Part shown: piece by piece, positions 42,331 through 54,332 of the stretch
How the letters are laid out: every line of letters begins with the position of its first letter
Numbering within the stretch: the stretch's first letter is position 1
Assembly (NCBI RefSeq): GCF_030013205.1
Contig: NZ_CP122648.1
DNA from: Escherichia coli
GTDB lineage: Bacteria; Pseudomonadota; Gammaproteobacteria; Enterobacterales; Enterobacteriaceae
Reading direction: 5' to 3' (one strand)
Length of the DNA: 64,000 nt
Made by a program: the position numbers and the translations under genes
The notes under the pieces: model-generated
Seen by the model: only the letters and a program-made list of their open reading frames with translations
The model's database searches: none
What the model was told of the DNA's origin: nothing

Positions 42331-43119
42331 ATGCAAACGATTATCCGTGTCGAGAAGCTCGCCAAAACCTTCAATCAGCATCAGGCGCTGCACGCGGTTG
42401 ATCTGAACATTCATCACGGTGAAATGGTGGCTCTGCTTGGGCCGTCGGGTTCCGGCAAATCCACCCTTTTACGTCACTTAAGCGGTTTGATTACCGGCGA
42501 TAAATCTGCCGGTAGCCATATCGAGCTGCTGGGTCGCACAGTCCAGCGCGAAGGCCGCCTGGCCCGCGATATCCGCAAAAGCCGCGCCAACACCGGCTAC
42601 ATCTTCCAACAATTCAACCTGGTGAATCGCCTGAGCGTACTGGAGAACGTGCTGATTGGCGCGCTCGGCAGCACGCCATTCTGGCGCACCTGTTTTAGCT
42701 ACTTCACCCGCGAGCAGAAACAACGCGCGTTACAGGCGCTGACCCGCGTTGGCATGGTGCATTTTGCCCATCAGCGCGTTTCCACCCTCTCCGGCGGGCA
42801 ACAGCAGCGTGTGGCGATTGCCCGCGCGCTGATGCAGCAGGCGAAGGTGATTCTGGCGGACGAACCCATCGCCTCGCTGGACCCGGAATCAGCGCGCATC
42901 GTGATGGACACCCTGCGCGACATCAACCAGAACGACGGCATTACCGTGGTCGTCACGCTGCATCAGGTGGATTACGCCCTGCGCTACTGCGAACGCATCG
43001 TCGCCCTGCGCCAGGGGCACGTCTTCTACGACGGCAGCAGCCAACAGTTTGATAACGAACGCTTTGATCATCTCTATCGCAGCATCAACCGCGTCGAAGA
43101 GAACGCGAAAGCTGCCTGA
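42331..43119 (+). CDS. phnC: Phosphonate ABC transporter ATPase
   Basis: 262 aa; Walker [10 protein letters not shown]. Confidence 0.95.
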   Translation: MQTIIRVEKLAKTFNQHQALHAVDLNIHHGEMVALLGPSGSGKSTLLRHLSGLITGDKSAGSHIELLGRTVQREGRLARDIRKSRANTGYIFQQFNLVNRLSVLENVLIGALGSTPFWRTCFSYFTREQKQRALQALTRVGMVHFAHQRVSTLSGGQQQRVAIARALMQQAKVILADEPIASLDPESARIVMDTLRDINQNDGITVVVTLHQVDYALRYCERIVALRQGHVFYDGSSQQFDNERFDHLYRSINRVEENAKAA

Positions 43120-43143
43120 CATCCCCATCATTGAGGAAAACGA

Positions 43144-44160
43144 ATGAACGCTAAGATAATTGCCTCGCTGGCCTTCACCAGCATGTTCAGCCTCAGCACC
43201 CTGTTAAGCCCGGCGCACGCCGAAGAGCAGGAAAAGGCGTTGAATTTCGGCATTATTTCAACGGAATCACAGCAAAACCTGAAACCGCAATGGACGCCGT
43301 TCTTGCAGGATATGGAGAAGAAGCTGGGCGTGAAGGTCAACGCCTTCTTTGCCCCGGACTACGCGGGCATTATCCAGGGGATGCGCTTCAATAAAGTGGA
43401 TATCGCCTGGTACGGCAATCTGTCGGCGATGGAAGCGGTGGATCGCGCCAACGGTCAGGTCTTCGCCCAGACGGTCGCGGCGGATGGATCGCCGGGTTAC
43501 TGGAGCGTGTTGATCGTCAACAAAGATAGTCCGATCAACAACCTGAACGATCTGCTGGCGAAGCGGAAAGATCTCACCTTCGGCAATGGCGATCCTAACT
43601 CCACCTCTGGCTTCCTCGTCCCCGGTTACTACGTCTTTGCCAAAAACAATATCTCCGCCAGCGACTTCAAACGCACCGTCAACGCCGGGCATGAAACCAA
43701 CGCGCTGGCCGTCGCCAACAAGCAGGTGGATGTGGCGACCAACAACACCGAAAACCTCGACAAGCTGAAAACCTCCGCGCCAGAGAAGCTGAAAGAACTG
43801 AAGGTGATCTGGAAGTCGCCGCTGATCCCAGGCGATCCGATCGTCTGGCGCAAAAATCTGTCCGAAACCACCAAAGACAAGATCTACGACTTCTTTATGA
43901 ACTACGGCAAAACGCCGGAAGAGAAAGCGGTGCTGGAGCGCCTGGGCTGGGCCCCGTTCCGCGCCTCCAGCGACCTGCAACTGGTGCCGATTCGCCAGCT
44001 CGCACTGTTTAAAGAGATGCAGGGCGTGAAAAGCAATAAAGGGCTGAATGAGCAGGACAAGCTGGCAAAAACTAGCGCCATTCAGGCGCAGCTGGATGAC
44101 CTGGACCGCCTGAACAACGCGTTAAGCGCGATGAGTTCGGTGAGTAAAGCGGTGCAGTAA
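43144..44160 (+). CDS. phnD: Phosphonate ABC transporter periplasmic binding protein
   Basis: 338 aa with signal peptide. Confidence 0.95.
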   Translation: MNAKIIASLAFTSMFSLSTLLSPAHAEEQEKALNFGIISTESQQNLKPQWTPFLQDMEKKLGVKVNAFFAPDYAGIIQGMRFNKVDIAWYGNLSAMEAVDRANGQVFAQTVAADGSPGYWSVLIVNKDSPINNLNDLLAKRKDLTFGNGDPNSTSGFLVPGYYVFAKNNISASDFKRTVNAGHETNALAVANKQVDVATNNTENLDKLKTSAPEKLKELKVIWKSPLIPGDPIVWRKNLSETTKDKIYDFFMNYGKTPEEKAVLERLGWAPFRASSDLQLVPIRQLALFKEMQGVKSNKGLNEQDKLAKTSAIQAQLDDLDRLNNALSAMSSVSKAVQ

Positions 44161-44220
44161 TGTGCTCGATCGGTCCCCTCTCCCACAGGGAGAGGGAGAA
44201 AACATTAAACGGAGCAATAT

Positions 44221-45000
44221 ATGCAAACCATCACCATCGCCCCACCCAAGCGCAGCTGGTTCTCGCTTCTGAGCTGGGCCATTGTTCTCGCCGTGCTGGT
44301 CGTCTCGTGGCAGGGCGCGGAAATGGCCCCGCTCACGCTGATTAAAGACGGCGGCAACATGGCAACCTTCGCCGCCGACTTCTTCCCGCCCGATTTCAGC
44401 CAGTGGCAGGATTACCTCACCGAAATGGCCGTCACGCTGCAAATCGCCGTCTGGGGCACCGCGCTGGCGGTGGTTCTCTCCATCCCCTTCGGTCTGATGA
44501 GCGCCGAAAACCTGGTGCCGTGGTGGGTTTACCAGCCCGTACGCCGCCTGATGGACGCCTGCCGCGCCATTAACGAAATGGTCTTCGCCATGCTGTTCGT
44601 GGTCGCCGTTGGCCTTGGCCCGTTCGCTGGCGTGCTGGCGCTGTTTATCCACACCACCGGCGTGCTCTCCAAACTGCTTTCCGAAGCGGTAGAAGCAATT
44701 GAACCCGGCCCGGTGGAAGGTATTCGCGCCACCGGTGCCAACAAGCTCGAAGAGATCCTCTACGGCGTGCTGCCGCAGGTGATGCCGCTGCTGATCTCCT
44801 ACTCCCTCTATCGCTTCGAATCCAACGTCCGTTCGGCCACCGTTGTTGGCATGGTCGGCGCTGGCGGGATCGGCGTCACCCTGTGGGAAGCGATTCGCGG
44901 TTTCCAGTTCCAGCAAACCTGCGCCCTGATGGTGCTGATTATCGTCACGGTCAGCCTGCTGGATTTCCTCTCTCAACGGTTGCGTAAGCACTTTATCTGA
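44221..45000 (+). CDS. phnE: Phosphonate ABC transporter permease, intact frame
   Basis: 259-codon uninterrupted ORF; two copies of a short gctggcg-type repeat at 44626-44643. Confidence 0.85.
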   Translation: MQTITIAPPKRSWFSLLSWAIVLAVLVVSWQGAEMAPLTLIKDGGNMATFAADFFPPDFSQWQDYLTEMAVTLQIAVWGTALAVVLSIPFGLMSAENLVPWWVYQPVRRLMDACRAINEMVFAMLFVVAVGLGPFAGVLALFIHTTGVLSKLLSEAVEAIEPGPVEGIRATGANKLEEILYGVLPQVMPLLISYSLYRFESNVRSATVVGMVGAGGIGVTLWEAIRGFQFQQTCALMVLIIVTVSLLDFLSQRLRKHFI

Positions 45001-45020
45001 TAAGCGAGGCATTGATATCT

Positions 45021-45746
45021 ATGCACTTGTCTACACATCCGACCAGCTACCCAACACGCTATCAGGAGATAGCCGCAAAACTTGAGCAGGAGCTTCGTCA
45101 ACACTACCGCTGCGGCGACTATCTTCCCGCCGAGCAGCAACTGGCGGCGCGCTTTGAGGTGAACCGCCACACCCTGCGCCGCGCCATCGACCAACTGGTG
45201 GAAAAAGGCTGGGTACAGCGCCGTCAGGGCGTCGGCGTGCTGGTGCTGATGCGCCCGTTCGATTACCCGCTCAACGCCCAGGCGCGTTTTAGCCAGAACC
45301 TGCTGGATCAGGGCAGCCATCCCACCAGCGAAAAACTGCTGTCTGTGCTGCGCCCGGCCTCCGGTCACGTCGCTGACGCGCTGGGGATAACCGAGGGCGA
45401 GAACGTTATCCACCTGCGCACCCTGCGCCGGGTCAACGGCGTCGCGCTCTGTTTAATCGACCACTACTTTGCGGACCTCACCCTCTGGCCGACGCTGCAA
45501 CGCTTCGACAGCGGCTCGCTGCACGATTTTCTGCGCGAGCAAACGGGGATTGCGCTGCGCCGCAGCCAGACGCGGATCAGCGCCCGCCGCGCCCAGGCCA
45601 AAGAGTGCCAGCGTCTTGAAATCCCGAATATGTCGCCGCTGCTGTGCGTGCGCACCCTTAACCACCGTGACGGTGAAAGCAGCCCGGCGGAGTACTCCGT
45701 CAGCCTGACGCGCGCCGACATGATTGAATTCACTATGGAGCACTGA
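45021..45746 (+). CDS. phnF: GntR-family regulator of phosphonate use
   Basis: 241 aa from MHLSTHPTSY. Confidence 0.9.
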   Translation: MHLSTHPTSYPTRYQEIAAKLEQELRQHYRCGDYLPAEQQLAARFEVNRHTLRRAIDQLVEKGWVQRRQGVGVLVLMRPFDYPLNAQARFSQNLLDQGSHPTSEKLLSVLRPASGHVADALGITEGENVIHLRTLRRVNGVALCLIDHYFADLTLWPTLQRFDSGSLHDFLREQTGIALRRSQTRISARRAQAKECQRLEIPNMSPLLCVRTLNHRDGESSPAEYSVSLTRADMIEFTMEH

Positions 45747-46199
45747 ATGCACGCAGATACCGCGACCCGCCAGCACTGGATGTCCGTACTGGCACACAGC
45801 CAACCGGCTGAACTGGCAGCCCGCCTGAAGGCGCTGAACATCACTGCCGACTATGAAGTAATCCGCGCCGCTGAAACCGGCCTGGTGCAGATTCAGGCGC
45901 GGATGGGTGGCACCGGCGAACGCTTTTTTGCTGGCGACGCCACGCTCACCCGCGCCACCGTACGCCTGACTGACGGCACGCTCGGCTACAGCTGGGTGCT
46001 GGGGCGCGACAAACAGCACGCCGAACGCTGCGCGCTGATTGACGCGCTGATGCAGCAAACCCGCCATTTTCAAAACTTATCAGAAACCCTTATTGCCCCG
46101 CTGGACGCTGACCGTATGGCACGCATTGCCGCACGCCAGGCCGAAGTGAACGCCAGCCGGGTCGACTTCTTTACGATGGTTCGCGGAGATAACGCATGA
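45747..46199 (+). CDS. phnG: C-P lyase subunit PhnG
   Basis: 150 aa. Confidence 0.9.
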   Translation: MHADTATRQHWMSVLAHSQPAELAARLKALNITADYEVIRAAETGLVQIQARMGGTGERFFAGDATLTRATVRLTDGTLGYSWVLGRDKQHAERCALIDALMQQTRHFQNLSETLIAPLDADRMARIAARQAEVNASRVDFFTMVRGDNA

Positions 46200-46780
46200 C
46201 CCTGGAAACCGCTTTTATGCTTCCTGTGCAGGATGCCCAGCACAGTTTTCGTCGCCTGTTAAAAGCCATGAGCGAGCCGGGCGTGATTGTCGCCCTGCAT
46301 CAGCTCAAACGCGGCTGGCAGCCGCTGAATATCGCCACCACCAGCGTGCTGCTGACGCTGGCCGATAACGACACGCCGGTGTGGCTTTCTGCGCCATTAA
46401 GTAACGATATCGTCAGCCAGAGCCTGCGTTTTTATACCAACGCGCCGCTGGTCAATCAGCCGGAACTGGCGACCTTCGCGGTAACGGATGAGGCGATTTC
46501 CAGCGAACAGCTTAACGCCCTTTCCAGCGGCACCGCTGTTGCGCCAGAAGCGGGCGCGACGCTGATTTTACAGGTCGTCAGCCTGAGCGGCGGGCGCATG
46601 CTGCGCCTTACTGGCGCGGGTATTGCCGAAGAACGAATGATCGCTCCGCAGCTGCCGGAGTGCATTCTGCACGAACTTACCGAGCGCCCGCACCCGTTCC
46701 CGCTCGGCATCGACCTGATCCTGACCTGCGGCGAGCGCCTGCTGGCTATCCCGCGAACCACTCATGTGGAGGTGTGCTGA
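46196..46780 (+). CDS. phnH: C-P lyase subunit PhnH
   Basis: 194 aa; overlaps neighbours. Confidence 0.9.
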   Translation: MTLETAFMLPVQDAQHSFRRLLKAMSEPGVIVALHQLKRGWQPLNIATTSVLLTLADNDTPVWLSAPLSNDIVSQSLRFYTNAPLVNQPELATFAVTDEAISSEQLNALSSGTAVAPEAGATLILQVVSLSGGRMLRLTGAGIAEERMIAPQLPECILHELTERPHPFPLGIDLILTCGERLLAIPRTTHVEVC

Positions 46781-47844
46781 TGTACGTTGCCGTGAAAGGG
46801 GGCGAAAAGGCGATCGACGCCGCCCACGCCCTGCAAGAGAGCCGACGCCGGGGCAATACCGATTTGCCTGAACTGAGCGTCGCCCAGATTGAACAGCAGC
46901 TTAATCTTGCAGTAGATCGCGTGATGACCGAAGGCGGCATTGCCGACCGCGAACTGGCGGCGCTGGCGCTGAAACAGGCCAGCGGCGATAACGTCGAAGC
47001 GATTTTCCTGCTACGCGCCTACCGCACCACGCTGGCGAAGCTGGCGGTAAGCGAGCCGCTCGACACCACCGGGATGCGTCTCGAACGGCGTATTTCAGCG
47101 GTTTATAAAGATATTCCCGGCGGCCAGCTGCTTGGCCCAACCTACGACTACACCCATCGCCTGCTCGATTTCACCCTGCTGGCAAACGGCGAAGCGCCGA
47201 CGCTGACCACAGCCGACAGCGAACAACAGCCGTCGCCGCACGTTTTCAGCCTGCTGGCGCGTCAGGGGCTGGCGAAGTTTGAAGAAGATAGCGGCGCACA
47301 GCCGGACGACATCACCCGCACGCCGCCGGTTTACCCCTGCTCACGCTCCTCCCGCCTGCAACAATTAATGCGCGGCGACGAAGGCTATTTGCTGGCGCTG
47401 GCCTACTCCACCCAGCGTGGTTACGGGCGCAATCACCCGTTCGCGGGCGAGATCCGCAGTGGCTATATCGACGTGTCTATTGTGCCGGAAGAGCTGGGAT
47501 TTGCGGTGAACGTCGGCGAACTGCTGATGACCGAATGTGAAATGGTCAACGGTTTTATCGACCCGCCGGATGAGCCGCCGCACTTCACGCGCGGCTACGG
47601 GCTGGTGTTCGGCATGAGCGAGCGCAAAGCGATGGCGATGGCGCTGGTTGACCGCGCTCTACAAGCCCCGGAGTACGGCGAGCACGCGACAGGCCCGGCG
47701 CAGGATGAAGAGTTCGTGCTGGCGCATGCCGACAACGTCGAAGCCGCAGGCTTTGTCTCGCACCTTAAACTCCCGCACTACGTCGATTTCCAGGCCGAAC
47801 TGGAGCTACTCAAACGTCTGCAACAGGAGCAGAACCATGGCTAA
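46779..47844 (+). CDS. phnI: C-P lyase subunit PhnI
   Basis: 354 aa from [13 protein letters not shown]; ATG overlaps phnH stop. Confidence 0.9.
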
Positions 47845-48682
47845 TCTGAGCGGCTACAACTTTGCCTACCTCGACGAGCAGACCAAGCGCATGATCCGCC
47901 GCGCCATCTTAAAAGCGGTGGCGATCCCCGGTTATCAGGTGCCGTTTGGCGGGCGCGAGATGCCGATGCCGTACGGCTGGGGAACTGGTGGTATCCAGCT
48001 TACCGCCAGCGTGATTGGCGAAAGCGACGTGTTGAAGGTGATTGACCAGGGTGCGGATGACACCACCAACGCCGTATCAATTCGCAACTTCTTTAAGCGC
48101 GTGACCGGGGTAAACACCACTGAACGTACGGACGATGCGACGCTTATCCAGACGCGCCACCGCATCCCCGAAACGCCGCTGACCGAAGATCAGATCATTA
48201 TTTTCCAGGTGCCGATCCCCGAACCGCTGCGCTTTATCGAGCCGCGCGAAACGGAGACCCGCACTATGCACGCGCTGGAGGAGTACGGCGTGATGCAGGT
48301 GAAGCTGTATGAAGATATCGCCCGCTTCGGTCATATCGCCACCACCTATGCCTATCCGGTGAAGGTGAACGGGCGCTACGTGATGGACCCGTCGCCGATC
48401 CCGAAATTCGATAACCCAAAAATGGACATGATGCCCGCCCTGCAGCTGTTCGGCGCAGGACGCGAGAAGCGCATCTATGCGGTGCCGCCGTTTACCCGCG
48501 TGGAAAGCCTCGATTTCGACGATCACCCGTTCACCGTTCAACAGTGGGATGAGCCGTGCGCCATCTGCGGATCGACCCACAGCTATCTCGACGAAGTGGT
48601 ACTGGATGACGCCGGAAACCGCATGTTTGTCTGCTCCGATACCGATTATTGCCGCCAACAGAGCGAGGCGAAAAGCCAATGA
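47837..48682 (+). CDS. phnJ: C-P lyase catalytic subunit PhnJ
   Basis: 281 aa from MANLSGYNFAYLDEQ; C-terminal Cys cluster CAICGS...C. Confidence 0.9.
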   Translation: MANLSGYNFAYLDEQTKRMIRRAILKAVAIPGYQVPFGGREMPMPYGWGTGGIQLTASVIGESDVLKVIDQGADDTTNAVSIRNFFKRVTGVNTTERTDDATLIQTRHRIPETPLTEDQIIIFQVPIPEPLRFIEPRETETRTMHALEEYGVMQVKLYEDIARFGHIATTYAYPVKVNGRYVMDPSPIPKFDNPKMDMMPALQLFGAGREKRIYAVPPFTRVESLDFDDHPFTVQQWDEPCAICGSTHSYLDEVVLDDAGNRMFVCSDTDYCRQQSEAKSQ

Positions 48683-49437
48683 ATCAACCGTTACTTTCGG
48701 TCAATAACCTGACCCACCTTTACGCGCCGGGCAAAGGCTTTAGCGATGTCTCTTTTGATTTATGGCCGGGGGAAGTGCTGGGCATCGTCGGGGAATCCGG
48801 CTCCGGGAAGACCACGCTGCTGAAATCAATCTCCGCGCGCCTGACGCCGCAGCAGGGGGAGATTCGCTATGAAAACCGCTCCCTCTATGGCATGAGCGAG
48901 GCCGACCGCCGTCGCCTGCTGCGCACCGAATGGGGCGTGGTGCATCAGCATCCGCTCGACGGCCTGCGCCGCCAGGTGTCGGCAGGCGGCAATATCGGCG
49001 AGCGGCTGATGGCGACCGGGGCGCGTCATTACGGCGATATTCGCGCCACCGCGCAGAAGTGGCTGGAGGAGGTGGAGATTCCCTCCAACCGGATCGACGA
49101 CCTGCCGACCACCTTTTCCGGCGGTATGCAGCAACGTTTGCAGATTGCCCGCAACCTGGTGACGCATCCGAAGCTGGTGTTTATGGACGAGCCAACCGGC
49201 GGGCTGGATGTATCGGTACAGGCGCGCCTGCTCGATCTGCTGCGCGGTCTGGTGGTGGAGCTGAATCTGGCGGTGGTGATTGTCACCCACGATCTGGGCG
49301 TCGCCCGCCTGCTGGCGGACCGTTTGCTGGTGATGAAACAGGGGCAAGTGGTGGAGAGTGGGTTAACCGACCGCGTGCTCGACGACCCGCATCATCCGTA
49401 TACCCAGCTGCTGGTGTCATCGGTTTTGCAGAATTGA
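48679..49437 (+). CDS. phnK: C-P lyase-associated ATPase PhnK
   Basis: 252 aa; Walker [10 protein letters not shown]. Confidence 0.9.
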   Translation: MNQPLLSVNNLTHLYAPGKGFSDVSFDLWPGEVLGIVGESGSGKTTLLKSISARLTPQQGEIRYENRSLYGMSEADRRRLLRTEWGVVHQHPLDGLRRQVSAGGNIGERLMATGARHYGDIRATAQKWLEEVEIPSNRIDDLPTTFSGGMQQRLQIARNLVTHPKLVFMDEPTGGLDVSVQARLLDLLRGLVVELNLAVVIVTHDLGVARLLADRLLVMKQGQVVESGLTDRVLDDPHHPYTQLLVSSVLQN

Positions 49438-49439
49438 GC

Positions 49440-49530
49440 CAGTGCCGGATACGGCGTAAACGCCTTATCCGGCCGACAAATGCGCTCCCCGTAGGTCGGA
49501 TAAGACGCGTCAGCGTCGCATCCGACACCC
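49440..49530. repeat. REP/BIME palindromes between phnK and phnL
   Basis: gccggatacggcgtaaacgccttatccggcc and cggataagacgcgtcagcgtcgcatccg. Confidence 0.7.
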
Positions 49531-49547
49531 GAACCACGAGGCGAAAA

Positions 49548-50228
49548 ATGATTAACGTACAAAACGTCAGTAAAACCTTCATCCTGCACCAGCAAAACGG
49601 CGTGCGCCTGCACGTCTTACAACGTGCCTCGCTCACCGTCAACGCAGGCGAATGCGTGGTACTCCACGGCCACTCCGGCAGTGGAAAATCAACCCTGCTA
49701 CGCTCGCTGTACGCCAACTATCTGCCCGATGAAGGTCAAATCCAGATCAAACACGGTGATGAGTGGGTAGACCTGATCACCGCGCCAGCCCGCAAAGTGG
49801 TGGAGATCCGCAAAACCACCATCGGCTGGGTGAGCCAGTTTCTGCGCGTCATCCCGCGTATTTCGGCACTGGAAGTGGTGATGCAGCCTCTGCTCGATAC
49901 CGGCGTACCGCGTGAAGCCTGCGCCGCTAAAGCCGCGCGTCTGCTCACCCGCCTGAACGTGCCTGAACGCCTGTGGCACCTGGCACCATCGACCTTCTCC
50001 GGCGGCGAACAGCAGCGCGTCAACATCGCCCGTGGCTTTATCGTCGACTATCCGATTCTGCTGCTCGACGAACCTACCGCCTCGCTGGACGCTAAAAACA
50101 GCGCCGCCGTAGTGGAACTGATCCGCGAAGCCAAAGCCCGCGGCGCGGCCATCGTCGGTATCTTCCATGACGAAGCCGTACGCAATGACGTCGCCGACCG
50201 CCTGCACCCGATGGGAGCCTCTTCATGA
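49548..50228 (+). CDS. phnL: C-P lyase-associated ATPase PhnL
   Basis: 226 aa from [11 protein letters not shown]; Walker [10 protein letters not shown]. Confidence 0.9.
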   Translation: MINVQNVSKTFILHQQNGVRLHVLQRASLTVNAGECVVLHGHSGSGKSTLLRSLYANYLPDEGQIQIKHGDEWVDLITAPARKVVEIRKTTIGWVSQFLRVIPRISALEVVMQPLLDTGVPREACAAKAARLLTRLNVPERLWHLAPSTFSGGEQQRVNIARGFIVDYPILLLDEPTASLDAKNSAAVVELIREAKARGAAIVGIFHDEAVRNDVADRLHPMGASS

Positions 50229-51361
50229 TTATCAATAACGTCAAACTGGTGCTGGAAAATGAAGTGGTGCACGGTTCACTGGAAGTACAGGATGGCGAAA
50301 TTCGCGCCTTTGCCGAAAGCCAGAGCCGCCAGCCGGAAGCGATGGACGGTGAAGGTGGCTGGCTACTGCCCGGACTGATTGAGCTGCATACCGACAACCT
50401 CGATAAATTCTTCACCCCGCGCCCGAAAGTCGACTGGCCCGCCCATTCGGCGATGAGCAGCCACGACGCGCTGATGGTGGCAAGCGGCATCACCACCGTA
50501 CTGGACGCCGTGGCGATTGGTGATGTGCGCGACGGCGGCGATCGGCTGGAGAATCTGGAGAAGATGATCAACGCCATCGAAGAGACGCAGAAACGCGGCG
50601 TCAACCGCGCCGAGCACCGCCTGCACCTGCGCTGCGAACTGCCGCACCACACCACGTTGCCGCTGTTTGAAAAACTGGTGCAGCGCGAACCGGTGACGCT
50701 GGTATCGCTGATGGACCACTCGCCAGGCCAGCGCCAGTTCGCCAATCGCGAGAAGTATCGCGAATATTATCAGGGCAAATACTCGCTCACCGATGTGCAG
50801 ATGCAGCAGTACGAAGAGGAACAGCTGGCGCTTGCCGCACGCTGGTCACAGCCGAATCGCGAATCCATCGCCGCCCTGTGCCGCGCGCGACAAATTGCGC
50901 TCGCCAGCCATGATGACGCCACGCACGCACACGTTGCCGAATCCCACCAGCTTGGCAGCGTGATCGCCGAATTTCCCACCACGTTCGAAGCGGCACAAGC
51001 CTCGCGCAAGCATGGCATGAACGTGCTGATGGGCGCGCCGAATATCGTGCGCGGCGGTTCGCACTCCGGCAACGTGGCGGCCAGTGAACTGGCGCAGCTT
51101 GGCCTGCTGGATATCCTCTCTTCCGACTACTACCCCGCCAGCCTGCTCGATGCGGCATTTCGCGTCGCCGATGACGAGAGCAACCGCTTTACGCTGCCGC
51201 AGGCGGTGAAGCTGGTGACTAAAAATCCGGCGCAGGCGCTTAATCTTCAGGATCGCGGAGTGATTGGCGAGGGCAAACGCGCCGACCTGGTGCTGGCGCA
51301 TCGCAAGGGCAACCACATTCATATCGACCACGTCTGGCGTCAGGGTAAAAGGGTGTTCTGA
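50225..51361 (+). CDS. phnM: PhnM, amidohydrolase-family triphosphate hydrolase
   Basis: 378 aa. Confidence 0.9.
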   Translation: MIINNVKLVLENEVVHGSLEVQDGEIRAFAESQSRQPEAMDGEGGWLLPGLIELHTDNLDKFFTPRPKVDWPAHSAMSSHDALMVASGITTVLDAVAIGDVRDGGDRLENLEKMINAIEETQKRGVNRAEHRLHLRCELPHHTTLPLFEKLVQREPVTLVSLMDHSPGQRQFANREKYREYYQGKYSLTDVQMQQYEEEQLALAARWSQPNRESIAALCRARQIALASHDDATHAHVAESHQLGSVIAEFPTTFEAAQASRKHGMNVLMGAPNIVRGGSHSGNVAASELAQLGLLDILSSDYYPASLLDAAFRVADDESNRFTLPQAVKLVTKNPAQALNLQDRGVIGEGKRADLVLAHRKGNHIHIDHVWRQGKRVF

Positions 51362-51918
51362 TGACGGGAAAACTGATTTGGTTAATGGGGGCCTCTGGCT
51401 CCGGAAAAGACAGTCTGTTGACGGAACTCCGCCAGCGGGAACAAACTCAGCTACTGGTAGCGCATCGCTACATCACGCGCGCCGCCAGCGCCGGAAGTGA
51501 AAATCATATCGCCCTGAGCGAGCAGGAGTTTTTTACCCGCGCGGGGCAGAACCTTCTGGCCTTAAGCTGGCACGCCAACGGCCTGTATTATGGCATCGGC
51601 GTCGAGATTGACCTCTGGCTGCACGCTGGATTTGACGTGGTGGTCAACGGCTCACGCGCCCATCTGCCGCAGGCGCGGGCGCGCTATCAATCGGCGCTGC
51701 TGCCCATTTGCTTACAGGTTTCGCTGGAGATCCTGCGCCAGCGCCTGGAAAACCGTGGCCGTGAAAACGCAAGTGAAATTAACGCCCGGCTGGCGCGCGC
51801 CGCCCGCTATACTCCTCAGGATTGTCTTACGCTCAATAATGACGGCAGCCTGCGCCAGTCGGTCGACACGCTGCTGACGCTGATTCATCAGAAGGAGAAA
51901 CACCATGCCTGCTTGTGA
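51361..51918 (+). CDS. phnN: Ribose 1,5-bisphosphate phosphokinase PhnN
   Basis: 185 aa; P-loop GASGSGKDS. Confidence 0.9.
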
Positions 51919-52339
51919 GCTTCGCCCGGCCACGCAGTACGATACCGACGCAGTTTACGCGCTGATTTGTGAGCTAAAACAGGCGGAGTTTGACCACCAC
52001 GCGTTTCGCGTGGGCTTTAACGCCAACCTGCGCGACCCGAACATGCGCTACCATCTGGCGCTGCTGGATGGCGAAGTTGTCGGCATGATCGGCCTGCATT
52101 TGCAGTTTCATCTGCATCATGTCAACTGGATCGGCGAAATTCAGGAATTGGTGGTGATGCCGCAGGCGCGCGGTCTGAATGTCGGCAGTAAATTACTGGC
52201 ATGGGCAGAAGAAGAAGCCCGCCAGGCCGGGGCCGAAATGACCGAGCTTTCCACCAACGTCAAGCGCCACGACGCGCACCGTTTCTATCTGCGCGAAGGC
52301 TATGAGCAGAGCCACTTCCGCTTCACCAAGGCGCTGTAA
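51905..52339 (+). CDS. phnO: Aminoalkylphosphonate N-acetyltransferase PhnO
   Basis: 144 aa GNAT. Confidence 0.9.
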
Positions 52340-52340
52340 C

Positions 52341-53099
52341 ATGAGCCTGACCCTCACACTTACTGGCACTGGCGGCGCACAGGGCGTTCCCGCATGGGGC
52401 TGTGAGTGCGTGGCCTGCGTCAGAGCGCGGCGCTCACCGCAGTATCGCCGCCAGCCATGCAGCGGCGTCGTGAAGTTTAACGACGCGATCACCCTGATCG
52501 ACGCCGGGCTGCACGATCTCGCCGATCGCTGGTCGCCCGGATCGTTCCAGCAGTTTTTGCTGACGCACTACCATATGGATCACGTGCAGGGGCTGTTTCC
52601 GCTGCGCTGGGGCGTGGGCGATTCGATCCCGATCTACGGCCCGCCGGATGAACAGGGCTGCGACGATCTGTTTAAACATCCGGGCCTGCTTGATTTCAGC
52701 CACACGATGGAACCGTTTGTGGTGTTTGATTTACAGGGGTTACAGGTCACGCCCCTGCCGCTCAACCACTCAAAACTGACCTTCGGTTATCTGCTGGAAA
52801 CGGCACATAGCCGGGTGGCGTGGCTGTCTGACACCGCAGGCCTACCGGAAAAAACGCTGAAATTTTTACGCAATAATCAACCGCAGGTGATGGTGATTGA
52901 TTGCAGCCACCCACCGCGCGAGGATGCACCGCGTAATCACTGTGATTTAAATACCGTGCTTGCGCTGAATGAAGTTATCCGCTCGCCGCGCGTGGTTCTG
53001 ACCCATATCAGCCATCAGTTTGATGCGTGGCTGATGGAGAACTTACTGCCGTCAGGGTTTGAGGCGGGGTTTGATGGGATGGAGATTGGGGTGGCGTGA
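52341..53099 (+). CDS. phnP: PhnP, metallo-beta-lactamase-fold phosphodiesterase
   Basis: 252 aa from [12 protein letters not shown]; HxHxDH motif THYHMDH. Confidence 0.9.
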   Translation: MSLTLTLTGTGGAQGVPAWGCECVACVRARRSPQYRRQPCSGVVKFNDAITLIDAGLHDLADRWSPGSFQQFLLTHYHMDHVQGLFPLRWGVGDSIPIYGPPDEQGCDDLFKHPGLLDFSHTMEPFVVFDLQGLQVTPLPLNHSKLTFGYLLETAHSRVAWLSDTAGLPEKTLKFLRNNQPQVMVIDCSHPPREDAPRNHCDLNTVLALNEVIRSPRVVLTHISHQFDAWLMENLLPSGFEAGFDGMEIGVA

Positions 53100-53126
53100 G
53101 GGAAAATACCCGCGCCGGCCCCTATA

Positions 53127-53456
53127 TCAACGCCCATACTCATCTTCCATTCTCCGCTCTTCATCTTCTAGCTGCCGACGCTCCTGATCAAGCTGGCGCT
53201 GGCGATCGTCCAGCTGCCTGCGGCGATCTTCAAACTGGCGGCGGCGATCGTCATATTGTCTGCGCCGATCGTCGTTCACTTCACGCTGCCAGCCGTCGTC
53301 GCGCGAATCTTCATAGTCTCGCCCACGGTCAGGGTTATAAGCATCGTTAATCGCCTGCTGAATATTGCCAATGGTGTCGTCGATAATATCGGCCTGGGCC
53401 GGAACGGTGGACAGCGTGAGCAGGGTGAATAAAAGAAATAGCGGAAAGCGTTTCAT
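53127..53456 (-). CDS. yjdP: YjdP, secreted repeat-rich small protein
   Basis: 109 aa; signal peptide then charged DDRRRQ repeats. Confidence 0.8.
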   Translation of the reverse strand: MKRFPLFLLFTLLTLSTVPAQADIIDDTIGNIQQAINDAYNPDRGRDYEDSRDDGWQREVNDDRRRQYDDRRRQFEDRRRQLDDRQRQLDQERRQLEDEERRMEDEYGR

Positions 53457-53524
53457 TAGCCAACCTCAAAAAGAAACTCTATCCACATTAGTCATTACTC
53501 ATCCATGCAAGTAGTGGATGAATC

Positions 53525-53974
53525 TCAATTTCTCCGCTGCTCTATTGCCGTAATCGCCTCCACGCGTTGTTGATGACGACCGCCTTCGTACTGCGCGCCC
53601 AGCCACGCATCCACAATCATTTTTGCCAGTTCGAGGCCAACCACTCGTGAACCAAAAGCCAGCACGTTGGTGTCGTTATGCTGCCGCGAAAGTTGCGCGG
53701 AATAAGGTTCGCTACAAACGACCGCGCGAATTCCGGCAAACTTGTTCGCCGCTATCGAAATACCGACGCCAGTGCCACAAATCAAAATCCCGCCATCAGC
53801 CTCTCCGCCAGCAACGGCCAGTGCGACTTGACTGGCGTAATGCGGATAATCAGTACGCTCTGACGACCAGGTTCCTTTATCAATCACTTCAACGCCACGC
53901 TCAACTAAATGTGCCACTATTTCATGTTTTAAAATGAAACCGACATGATCACAGCCAAATGCAATCTTTTTCAT
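53525..53974 (-). CDS. rpiB: Ribose-5-phosphate isomerase B / allose-6-phosphate isomerase
   Basis: 149 aa. Confidence 0.9.
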   Translation of the reverse strand: MKKIAFGCDHVGFILKHEIVAHLVERGVEVIDKGTWSSERTDYPHYASQVALAVAGGEADGGILICGTGVGISIAANKFAGIRAVVCSEPYSAQLSRQHNDTNVLAFGSRVVGLELAKMIVDAWLGAQYEGGRHQQRVEAITAIEQRRN

Positions 53975-54332
53975 TCATCTTCCCCGCCCGCGCAAAAATT
54001 CACAATCAAAAAACATTTGTGATGTAAATGAATTAAAAACACCCAAAATCTATGAAATCCGCCTTCCAGATCTGTTTTACAGAGTTACATCTGACAGCGC
54101 AATAGCGTTAAAGACACTCACTATCCAGCAACATCTATCATCTAATAAACCAGGAAAACAAATAACATAATGTTTTTAAAGTGATTAAATGAAATGAAAT
54201 TTTAAGCCACTCTCCGTTATTCACAACAAAACAAACTTTATAAATTTTATTTTTTTGTGAAGTTGACAGCATCTTTTCTGTTCTTGCTGTGGTGATATAG
54301 TGGCGTCTTCAATTCAAGGACAAGAGAACGTG

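Noticed and set aside
43267-45012. Long minus-strand ORFs across phnD-phnE (237 and 296 aa)
   Set aside because: Antisense frames in a GC-rich operon; the plus-strand phn genes are contiguous and translationally coupled.
48930-49547. 5' extension of the phnL reading frame (432-aa ORF)
   Set aside because: Upstream part overlaps phnK out of frame and crosses REP elements; true phnL starts at 49548 with its own RBS.
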